Shown: positions 46,043 to 54,786 of the stretch, piece by piece
How the letters are laid out: each line of letters opens with the position of its first letter
Position numbering within the stretch: the stretch's first letter is position 1
The notes under the pieces: model-generated
What the model was told of the DNA's origin: nothing
The model's database searches: none
Seen by the model: the letters and a program-made list of their open reading frames with translations, nothing else
Assembly: GCA_034226945.1 (NCBI GenBank)
Contig: CP120455.1
Span: 248,001-312,000, forward strand
Source: Picochlorum sp. SENEW3
Lineage: Eukaryota
Length of the DNA stretch: 64,000 bases
Reading direction: 5' to 3'
Made by a program: the position numbers and the translations under genes

Positions 46043-47636
46043 ATGCTGTACATTACATATGACGATTCGCCGCAATGCTTTGGCAGAGCATGGTGGTGGT
46101 TCAATGTGCCAAAACGAGTTGCACCATGGATATACTTTGCGCTCTTTTCTGCTCTGGCCATTGTATCCTATGTTGTGCGTGACTACTCATCGCAAGGGGC
46201 TCTGGCAGTGCTTCGAATTTCCATGGGTAATGTTCTCTTTTTCTCTCTCATGACTCTAATTTGCTTGGGTGTGTCTCGAGAAGATGACGATCATTACTAT
46301 GGTCTCAATTTTGATAGAAGGGTCTTCCATACTGGCATGTGGCCCTATAAACTAGGCATCTGGGCACTCTTGGTTGGGACTGCATTCTTGTATCCAGAAA
46401 ACGTCTTTATTGTGTATCAATACATAGCATGGGCTTTAGCTATATTATTTGTAGTCGCGCAGACTGTGATATTTATCGATTTCGTGTACGGAGTGAATGA
46501 ATACATGTTGGAGAAGGATTCATGTGTCTGGAATGCTCTTCTTGTTGCAATCACTGCCTTGTTCATTGCTGTCGCTCTGGGAGGATTGCTGGCATTGTAT
46601 TACTTTTTCGTACCAGAGTCGTCGTGTTCCATGAATATTGCATTCATCACATCAACGATTGGACTGTTTTTGGTGTACAGCTTGTTGTCCATCTCTGATA
46701 TTCGGCCAGACTATGCTGGATTGTTGGCGTCTTCCATCGTTTTTGCTCTCTGTGCATTCTACACGTGGGGCGCATTGAATAGGTATGTTATTGAGTTTTG
46801 AAACGGCGTGGGAGGGTGCCATGCACAATGCCAGGAGGAGTGAATGCCTAGCGCTATGCTTGTGGGGGCCCAGAGTAAACCCTGGGAGTGCACCCCACTG
46901 GCCTCTAAAGATTGGATTAATAGCAAGTCCCCCGATGGGGGACCTGAAGCTATTAAACTTCAGAGAACAGAAACTACACTTGATCTTAGCCAAAAGGCCG
47001 AGAAAGGTATGCTTGTAGGAGGGGTGCCGATCAGATTTTATACGACACCATGGGCTTTTGGAGTCTGTGATTATTATGGGCCACCACTCTTAAAGGCATT
47101 CTGCATGCTCCTCCAGGAGGAGTCCTCCTCTCGCTCGCCCGTGATTATACACATCGCCTTCTATCCCTCTACATATCATCAACTAACTATACATGTGATG
47201 TACATGCAGTCAACCAAGTAGCGAATGCACCAGAGATGATGGCAATGAAGAGGACACATCAGCAGCTGAGAAAGCACTTAGGATTCTCTCCTTCATCGTT
47301 GCCATGATTTCCATGATGATTGGTGCCCTAAATACAGCTCGGTCGAGTGAAAGTTTTAGCTTGAATAGCGACTCTTTATTCTTTGACGCAAAGAATGGCG
47401 CATTTTACAGCATTGGGTTTTTCTACACAATCTATGTGCTCGCTTCAGCCTATGTGCCCATGATTTTAATAGGATGGGATGTAGGCACTACAACGTCTGG
47501 TAATGAAGAGTTCACTCTAGGGAAGAGTTACGCAGCAGCTTGGGCCAGAATGGCAGCCAGCTGGTTCTGTGGGCTCTTGTATTGTTGGAGCCTTGTTGCA
47601 CACAAAGTCCTTGCTCGATGGCGACAGTTTGAGTGA
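46043..47636 (+). CDS. Serinc/TDE (serine incorporator) family membrane protein; intron 46783-47209; true start uncertain
   Basis: 'VLRISMG...FF', 'FHTGMWPYK', 'Q.VIFIDF', 'GLLASS', 'LASAYVPMILIGW', 'W.RMAASW....LY.WSLVA'; the intron restores the frame (AG|T CAA CCA). Confidence 0.85.
46822..47010 (-). ncRNA. U2: U2 spliceosomal snRNA (variant), nested antisense in the Serinc intron
   Basis: Minus strand begins ATACCTTTCTCGGCCTTTTGGCTAAGATCAAGTGTAGTTTCTGTTC (U2 5' end); stems IIa (CTGAAG/CTTCAG), IIb (GTCCCC/GGGGAC), IIc complement (TTAATAGC/GCTATTAA), III and IV all fold; ~189 nt. Confidence 0.95.
47036..47082 (-). promoter_or_regulatory. snRNA promoter: TATA box plus USE-like element for U2
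   Basis: TATAAAA at 47042-47036 (about -30) and GGCCCATAAT at 47082-47073 (about -70) upstream of the U2 5' end. Confidence 0.6.
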
Positions 47637-47729
47637 TTCTCGCACAATTATATTACTATATATATGAGTATTATTGTCACACAAATATACTCCTACTCGT
47701 TTATTATTGTTCGCCATACCGTGGCACTC

Positions 47730-48460
47730 TCAAGCGGGCAACTGCAGCCTCTTGTTGCTCTTCCAACAATCTATATAATAATAGAAAAAGTCCGCGTATA
47801 ACGCTGTCTGGACAATCCCACTAATCCATACAAGCCACTGTCTATAATTTGGCTCTGTATAGTACCTATAAATCCAATTCAAAATGTACAAACCCCTGTA
47901 CAACCCCAGCAGAAAGACATAATTCCCTGTCAGATTGTCAATATTTTGCGTTCTCTGCATTAACACAAGTTGTGGGAATATCGCGACTGACTCCAAGTAT
48001 ATCGAAAATGTCCACAGAATCTCCGTAAACGAGGACGAATAATGGATCAAAAAGGCCAAGATCAAGCATGGTCCTATCAAGAAGACATAACGGAATGTGT
48101 CCATGTCCTTGTCGTACGTCTGCTTTACTACCATGTCCATCCTCATCAAGTACAGTATCCAAAATGCTGTCACCAGGTAGATAATCTTCATGACCGTATT
48201 GTACAATGAAATGTACGAGTAGAACAAGTCAAGGTATCTGCACACAAAGACCAGAGCGTACAGCTCTTGCGTCTTGAGCGAAATTCCTGCGAGAACATGG
48301 CATTACATTGGTCAACAACTCCATTCTAAGCAATAAAATAAGGAGAACAAGGGTTGTCAACGTGCATACCTCGACAGGATCGTGTTGCTCTAATTTTCAA
48401 CAGCAGGACAACGATGCTGAGAAGGTGACTCATGTCACCTGCAAACCTAAAAATATTCAT
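47730..48460 (-). CDS. ERD2: ER lumen protein-retaining (KDEL/HDEL) receptor; 2 exons
   Basis: 'MNIFRFAGDMSHL', 'GISLKTQELY...F.CRYLDLF', 'WTFSIYLESVAIFPQL', 'LYADFFYYY'. Confidence 0.96.
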
Positions 48461-48598
48461 GATTTCAATCAAGTTCTTCTACTAAGGAAATGAGGATGCA
48501 GCTCCGACTCGTCGTGTTTCTCTTTGTTGCAGGTACTGAGACCAACCGTTGATACCAACGACTGTTGCGATGAAGGCTTTTTCTACCCTTGCAATGGA

Positions 48599-48730
48599 CC
48601 TGAGTTTCCAGAATATACTTTCATTTTCGACTGGAACTGGGATCAGGGGATAGCATGGACCAAAGGCGCGTGCTGAGAGTCCGCATGGCGTTGGGGGGTG
48701 GATTCTCCATCAGTCAGGGATTGGACACCA
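48599..48730 (+). ncRNA. Candidate H/ACA snoRNA
   Basis: Hairpin (CCTGA/TCAGG, TTCCAG/CTGGAA), ATAGCA H box at 48650, hairpin (CCAA/TTGG, CTGA/TCAG, GAGTCCGC/GTGGATTC), then ACA at 48725. Confidence 0.4.
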
Positions 48731-48919
48731 TGTTGTGTGCACACGAATACGATTTGACGGCAGCAAAGACGTTTCCATAGTATCTAATACGTTTTAAAAT
48801 ATACACTTGATGGGTATTCGATGCGATTACATGGCGCAATTCTAGTTTTTTTGGACATGCACATGCCACAAGTCCAGAGAGTTGTTCTATTCATGTGAAG
48901 ATAGATCGGCATTTCATTG

Positions 48920-50098
48920 ATGGAAATGGATGATACTAAGACTACAGAAAACAAGGCAATGCGCAGTAATAATGGAGGTGAGCCTCCTTCTCCGCGGTTG
49001 TGTGCGAAATGCAAAGAGCAAGTGGGAGTGTACACTCTGAGGCGGAACAATTCCTACTGCCGGGATTGCTTGGAAGAGTATCTTTCTCAAAAGGTTCGAG
49101 GGGCATTATGCAAGCGTGGAGGTTTGATCGGGGGAGAAAAGGTGGGGCTTTGCTTCTCTGGAGGAATGAGCTCTCTGTGTGCTACATACTTGATAGAAGC
49201 ACACAGTAGGATTCCATCTGGGGAGAGGAGACAGAGGAAAAAGGTTCCATTCGACATGACAGTTTTTCATGTAGATCTCCTGGGCGAGAGTTTGTATCAG
49301 GATGCGCGTGTGGAGAGAATTATGGAACAAGACCCACCATGGTGCCAAGAGATTGAAATTGTCAAGGCTGAGGATGTGCTTTTTCAGGAGCAAAAAGCCC
49401 CTAGTGAGCACATTAAAAACTTGATAGATTCTATTTCAGACTCAACGGGAAGAGAAGACTTGAAAATGATACTTATCCGAGAGACAATGCTGGAAAAAGC
49501 CATGAAGGAGGGATGGTCCTATATCCTAATGGCCAACACAGCGGATGCAAGAGCGAGAGAAGCCGTTGCTGCCACAGCAAAGGGACAGGGGTTTGCACTA
49601 TCTTCATTTTCGTGCGCAATAGATTCGAGATATGGAGAGGGCCGTCCGCGAGTAGTATATTGCATGAAAGATGTTACTCAAGAAGAAGTTGACTGCCTCT
49701 CATCAGCCCTGCTCGGGGAGAATGTGGTACAACAACAGGGCGATGCAGTCGTTGCAGATAAAAAGAATATACACAACTTAGCAGATATCTTCACCAAACA
49801 ATTGCAAATGAGCAACCCAGGAGGAGTCTCTAATATTATGAGTTCTGTAGCAAAACTTACAGAATTTGATTGGGAGACAGACAATCCTGCATGTTGTCCT
49901 CTGTGCTGGGCACCTATGCACGAAGATGAGATGCTGGGAGCACTTGCATCAGAAACGCCGCTTGCAATCGTTTGCGAGTCTTGCAAGGTTGGAGTATTTG
50001 GATGTCTCACAAATGAAGAGTTGGCCAAGAGTGAGCATGCGTCTCAGATTTTTAATAAATTGCCCGACGTTATCCGGAATAGAATTCTGAATAAATAA
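48920..50098 (+). CDS. CTU2: Cytoplasmic tRNA 2-thiolation protein 2 (CTU2/Ncs2)
   Basis: N-terminal CAKC...YCRDC, degenerate PP-loop 'FSGGMSS', 'TGREDL', 'A.TAKGQGF', C-terminal CPLC...CESC. Confidence 0.85.
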   Translation: MEMDDTKTTENKAMRSNNGGEPPSPRLCAKCKEQVGVYTLRRNNSYCRDCLEEYLSQKVRGALCKRGGLIGGEKVGLCFSGGMSSLCATYLIEAHSRIPSGERRQRKKVPFDMTVFHVDLLGESLYQDARVERIMEQDPPWCQEIEIVKAEDVLFQEQKAPSEHIKNLIDSISDSTGREDLKMILIRETMLEKAMKEGWSYILMANTADARAREAVAATAKGQGFALSSFSCAIDSRYGEGRPRVVYCMKDVTQEEVDCLSSALLGENVVQQQGDAVVADKKNIHNLADIFTKQLQMSNPGGVSNIMSSVAKLTEFDWETDNPACCPLCWAPMHEDEMLGALASETPLAIVCESCKVGVFGCLTNEELAKSEHASQIFNKLPDVIRNRILNK

Positions 50099-50118
50099 AT
50101 CAATAGTACTGTGAATGA

Positions 50119-52602
50119 ATGTTGCGATTTGCCTCTCGACACGAAAAGAGACTGGTGGGTGGTTACCATGTCATTCGAGTTGACTACTACTTTTGCATGC
50201 CGTCTGACGCATTAATTTTGATACAGGCCAGATGTCTTGAACATCAAGTACGGCTGTGGTCAACATCCGCTGAAAATACGCTGCGAGTGGCCCAGTTGCC
50301 CAGTGAGGACGAGGGGAAACCGACACCACCAGGTGGCCAGGAGGGTCCTTCTCGGCGTGCGGCAGATGCTGCGAGTAAGCGTACAGATTTTCGACAGCCT
50401 ATCGGTGGCAATTTGCAGGCGTATGGTCGTGATCTGACGGAAGATGCAGAGAAGGGCATTCTTGATCCATTGATTGGGAGAGAGGATGTACTAGAGCGAA
50501 CTTTGCAGGTTCTCCTGCGGCGAACCAAGAACAATCCTGTGCTTGTTGGGGATCCTGGGGTGGGGAAAACAGCAGTAGCAGAGGGAATCGCTCAATTGAT
50601 GGTGTCAGATGCGTGTCCGAGAGCTCTCAAAGGGTGTTCACTGGTGGCATTGGATATTGGATCATTGGTGTCAGGGACCCAGTACCGTGGAACATTTGAG
50701 GAGCGATTGCAAGGGATTTTAAAGGATGTTCGGCGATCTCAGGGTAGAATATTGTTGTTTGTAGATGAGATACATATGCTGATGGACACAGGGAAAACTG
50801 ACGGTGGGTTGAATGCTGCCAATCTGTTGAAGCCTCCTCTCGCTCGAGGAGAACTTCATTTAATTGGGGCTACCACTATCGATGAACATAGAAAATATGT
50901 TGAATCGGACGCAGCGTTTTCAAGACGACTGCAGCCAGTGTTTGTAGAGGAACCTACTCCAATTGAATGTCTGGCTTGGTTGCAAGGTCTTCGTCCAAAG
51001 TACGAAGAACATCATTTTGTTCGATATACAGATGAGGCCTTATCTACGGCAGTGACGGCTGCTCAGAGATTTGTGTCCAATAGAAAACTTCCTGATAGTG
51101 CTATTGACCTGCTGGATGAGGCTGCATCGCGTGTGCAGTTGAAGATTGGTGCATCACAGCAGGCTTTGACAAGTTCCCTGATACCATCACAGACAGAGAA
51201 GAAGAAAGTTGTTGTGGGTGGCGCTGTTGTACAGTCTTCCAAGGGCAATGCATTGTCATGTCCACACTGTGGCACGGTTGCTCCTTCACAGACCCATGAT
51301 TTACTTCAGATAACGTGTCAGAATTGTGGCCATGTGTACTTGAATATAGCACCAGAGAAACTGATGATGGGATCCTCCTTGTTTCTAAAGAAACAGCGGA
51401 GTAAGGTTGAATTGAATGTAGAAAATAAGAAGAAAAGCAACGTGCAGAGTGATGAGAGCAAGACACAATCGACCATGACTGACGTGTACCAACAAGTGAC
51501 CAAAGAGGACATCCTCCACGTTGCTGCGACAGCCTCTGGTCTGCCTGTTGATAGATTGATGACTGTACTATCGGAAGGTAGAGCTTTGCAAACATTAGAA
51601 AATGATTTGAAACGATCTCTTGTGGGCCAGCCACAAGTAATCACAGGGATACTGAACAATATTCGCATGGGAACCATGCTAGCTGCACCAGGCAAAAGGA
51701 AAAGACCAGTTTCAATATTGCTCTTTCGAGGGAACCAGGGTGTTGGGAAGAAGACAGCATCCAGGACAATATCAGAAAGTCTTTTTGGGTCTGAAAATGC
51801 ATTCATATCGTATGATATGTCAATGTACAGCGATCGGACAGCAACGAACAAGTTGATTGGTGCAGCTGCTGGATTCATCGGATATGGAGATGGAGGTACC
51901 CTCACAGAGGCTGTGCGGAAGCATCCTCACTCCGTTATTCTTCTTGAGAATATTGAGCGTTGTCATCAGGACATTGTTGCTCTTGTGAGGCAGATTGCAC
52001 GCGAAGGATATATTACAGATGGCAGTGGGAGAAAAATAGACTTTCGTAATACAGTCGTGGTATTGACAACAGCGACAATGCCAGGAACGTCGTCGTCGAC
52101 TGCGACAAAGAAATCCGCAAACTCTGAGATTAAGGAAGAGGCGAGTGAGACCAGCTCGTATGGCCATGCATCCTCCAGTGCATTGGAGATGTCACCCAGC
52201 ACTGCTCGCTCATCTCTACATCAATCCTCAAATCCAGTAGATGAGTTGCGGGACTACATTGATGCTACCCTGGCGTTTGAGAATCTATCCAGGGAATTTC
52301 TGATATCTATATCGCAAATAGAAGTAGAATCAAGTAAGGCAGTCTTGGCATTGTGTGGTCTTGTATCAGTCGACATAGACCCTCATGTCTATGAGGCTCT
52401 CTTCCCAGCTTCACTATCACCTGGATCCTTGAATGGACACGATGCCCAGATTTTGACAGGAACACATATTATTGAGCCTATACTCAAGAAATACAATGAC
52501 AGCACATTGAAAGACCCCAATGGAACAGAGCAGCAGCGTGGAGTACGGGTAACATGTCCTAGTTACCCATCAATGCATGACATTGTTATCGACCTACAAT
52601 AA
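50119..52602 (+). CDS. Atypical Hsp100/Clp AAA+ protein (no N-domain, Zn-ribbon insert, degenerate NBD2); probable 72-nt in-frame intron 50155-50226
   Basis: NBD1 canonical (RRTKNNP, GDPGVGKT, FVDEIH, GATT, LPDSAIDLLDEA); NBD2 Walker A GNQGVGKK and Walker B ILLENIE. Confidence 0.8.
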   Translation: MLRFASRHEKRLVGGYHVIRVDYYFCMPSDALILIQARCLEHQVRLWSTSAENTLRVAQLPSEDEGKPTPPGGQEGPSRRAADAASKRTDFRQPIGGNLQAYGRDLTEDAEKGILDPLIGREDVLERTLQVLLRRTKNNPVLVGDPGVGKTAVAEGIAQLMVSDACPRALKGCSLVALDIGSLVSGTQYRGTFEERLQGILKDVRRSQGRILLFVDEIHMLMDTGKTDGGLNAANLLKPPLARGELHLIGATTIDEHRKYVESDAAFSRRLQPVFVEEPTPIECLAWLQGLRPKYEEHHFVRYTDEALSTAVTAAQRFVSNRKLPDSAIDLLDEAASRVQLKIGASQQALTSSLIPSQTEKKKVVVGGAVVQSSKGNALSCPHCGTVAPSQTHDLLQITCQNCGHVYLNIAPEKLMMGSSLFLKKQRSKVELNVENKKKSNVQSDESKTQSTMTDVYQQVTKEDILHVAATASGLPVDRLMTVLSEGRALQTLENDLKRSLVGQPQVITGILNNIRMGTMLAAPGKRKRPVSILLFRGNQGVGKKTASRTISESLFGSENAFISYDMSMYSDRTATNKLIGAAAGFIGYGDGGTLTEAVRKHPHSVILLENIERCHQDIVALVRQIAREGYITDGSGRKIDFRNTVVVLTTATMPGTSSSTATKKSANSEIKEEASETSSYGHASSSALEMSPSTARSSLHQSSNPVDELRDYIDATLAFENLSREFLISISQIEVESSKAVLALCGLVSVDIDPHVYEALFPASLSPGSLNGHDAQILTGTHIIEPILKKYNDSTLKDPNGTEQQRGVRVTCPSYPSMHDIVIDLQ

Positions 52603-52606
52603 ATAT

Positions 52607-53689
52607 TCATGAACTTTCTGTATTCTCTAGTTCATCTATTTCTTTTTTTATCGAACCAATCATAGCTTCTAACTCTTTGACCGTGCTCAATTGGACTTGC
52701 AGTTCGTCCTCCATGGCTTTCAACCGAACCTTCTTTACTGCAATCGATTCTTGCATTGCGCGATTTCGAACCCCTCTGCCCTCCCGCACATCACCTCTTT
52801 TCAGAGCCAACCGCTTTTCTAATGATCCACTCCGCAGTTCAAAGCCACAACATCCTGCTCCTACCCACATTGACTCACCCTGTGTCACATGACCATTGTT
52901 CCGATACACAACAGACTGATGGTGTTGTTTCACACGAGAAGAACCACACTGCCTGGTATCATCATTCTCACCATTGTCTTCATAGAACGACACAAAAAGC
53001 ATTCTCTCCACACGCCGCAAACGACGTGTGCAATCCTGAGAATTATGACGATCATTCCTGTGTGTCAATCCTCCAGATGGGCAGACTGTACCATTGCCAA
53101 CTGCTTCATTCTTTTGCTGCTTCTGCCGTCCCATCAAACTGACGTTTTTATTACTTTTCATTCTTTTTACAGCCTTGTGGCTCTTCTCAGAGCCACTCCG
53201 TGCCAATAAAGATGCCCTCAGTGGCAGCCTACCATGGAGAGCATAGTGCTCGAGCGCCAGCTCAAGCTTCTTCCTGCCACCAACGATGCTTTGGAGTCGT
53301 CCCAGGTCATGACTGCCCATACCACGCACATGAGCAAGATCCTTTACAATATTACCTGTAATAAACTTTTCGTAGTACTCAAGACACCCATGATATTCCA
53401 AAAACAATTTCAAAGCCCTTGACCCAGACACCATTTTCTTCTCGGACACCTTTTCAGATCCATACAATCGACAGCATTCCTTGACGTGTTTCATCCGCAG
53501 CAAAAAGTTGAGCTCCTCAAGATTCTGCAAACAAACGCCACAGAAAACCAGGTTTGAGCACTCTGCGTCTTTTCCCTCTTTGTTCTTTGCAACAAGGACA
53601 GGCTTGTCTTCCCCAGTCATATCGATAACAACCGCATGCTCCGTCCCATTCCTTGGAGCACGATTCTCATCATCGTCGATATGTATCAT
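52607..53689 (-). CDS. Hypothetical protein with a UBZ-like Zn finger, SAM-like domain and C-terminal coiled coil
   Basis: 'CGVCLQNL...RMKHVKEC'; 'FLEYHGCLEYYEKF...DL..L...GGRKKLELAL'. Confidence 0.5.
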   Translation of the reverse strand: MIHIDDDENRAPRNGTEHAVVIDMTGEDKPVLVAKNKEGKDAECSNLVFCGVCLQNLEELNFLLRMKHVKECCRLYGSEKVSEKKMVSGSRALKLFLEYHGCLEYYEKFITGNIVKDLAHVRGMGSHDLGRLQSIVGGRKKLELALEHYALHGRLPLRASLLARSGSEKSHKAVKRMKSNKNVSLMGRQKQQKNEAVGNGTVCPSGGLTHRNDRHNSQDCTRRLRRVERMLFVSFYEDNGENDDTRQCGSSRVKQHHQSVVYRNNGHVTQGESMWVGAGCCGFELRSGSLEKRLALKRGDVREGRGVRNRAMQESIAVKKVRLKAMEDELQVQLSTVKELEAMIGSIKKEIDELENTESS

Positions 53690-54161
53690 TTTTTAATTGT
53701 TTTAACAAATGCACCGCACTGTGCCACGGTTGTCGGAGAATTTAATGAGCCACTCTTCTGCAACCACCACTTTCCAACGTCCACGCTTCTTCTTCTTGTT
53801 CAATTATTGCAAGACCCATGCCTCTCTCTTCTTCCTCCCTCTCCCTCGATAAAAAAATGAATGATCCCATATTCATATGTGTCGATTGTATGTGTCATTG
53901 ATTGACCAGATCGGTGGCCCCTAGCGATCTTAAATAAGATCTGCGAGAGGAAGATACAGCGGCTGTAACCAAGTCTGCACCTAGAACCTTGGTTGATTAA
54001 TGATGCTTTGGCCCTTGCTTGACGTTCGAGTCCTCAGCACTCTTTGATTCGGTACATCAATGAAATAAAAACAGAAAACACTATCAAAGAAGTACAACAA
54101 TCTGCCCATCTGACTCGATACATACGAAAATTAAGAAAACAAATTGTACAAAAAACAAGAC

Positions 54162-54623
54162 ATGTCACAATTCTTCACAATTCGTCAGGGATGCCCTGAT
54201 GATGTAGATACATTGGCACGATATAACATACATATGGCAAAAGAGACTGAAGATCTGGATCTGGATCCAGAAACAATCCATATGGGGTGTGCTGCTATAG
54301 TAGGGGATGCTTCAAAGGGAAAGTATTACGTTGCTGTGACTGATTCTGGGGGTATTATTGGGCAGCTGATGATCACATATGAATGGTCGGATTGGAGGAA
54401 TGCACAAATATGGTGGATCCAGAGTGTGTATGTTGTGGAAGAGCATCGTCGTAAAGGAGTCTTCAAAGCACTGTATAGTCGAGTCAAGGATGACTGTCGA
54501 AAAGAGAATGGGTGCGGGGTGCGTCTGTATGCAGACAATAGCAATATAAATGCTCAGGAGACGTATAAGAATTTGGGAATGACGACGCATTATGCTGTGT
54601 TTGAAGACATGTTTGATGATTGA
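54162..54623 (+). CDS. GNAT family N-acetyltransferase
   Basis: 'TYEWSDWRN..IWWIQSVYV...HRRKGVFKALY', 'RLY....N..AQ..Y..LGM'. Confidence 0.88.
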   Translation: MSQFFTIRQGCPDDVDTLARYNIHMAKETEDLDLDPETIHMGCAAIVGDASKGKYYVAVTDSGGIIGQLMITYEWSDWRNAQIWWIQSVYVVEEHRRKGVFKALYSRVKDDCRKENGCGVRLYADNSNINAQETYKNLGMTTHYAVFEDMFDD

Positions 54624-54786
54624 TTGAGCCATGTCCTTGTGCCATGTATTGATTGATCAAGTAATCGCCCCACCTCTCCAGCATATATATACGATTAGAG
54701 TCATTAATTTTTTATATTGATGCATAGTGCATGAAATACAAGTCCCAGATATGCGACATATTTAGGGTTTCAGCGGAACAGAAAGA

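Noticed and set aside
46844..47221. 125-aa plus-strand ORF inside the Serinc gene
   Set aside because: Lies within the intron and is the antisense of the U2 snRNA gene; no protein motif
51318..51905. Long antisense ORFs (here and at 57974-58576, 34628-35152, 12509-13066)
   Set aside because: Shadow frames of well-supported genes on the opposite strand
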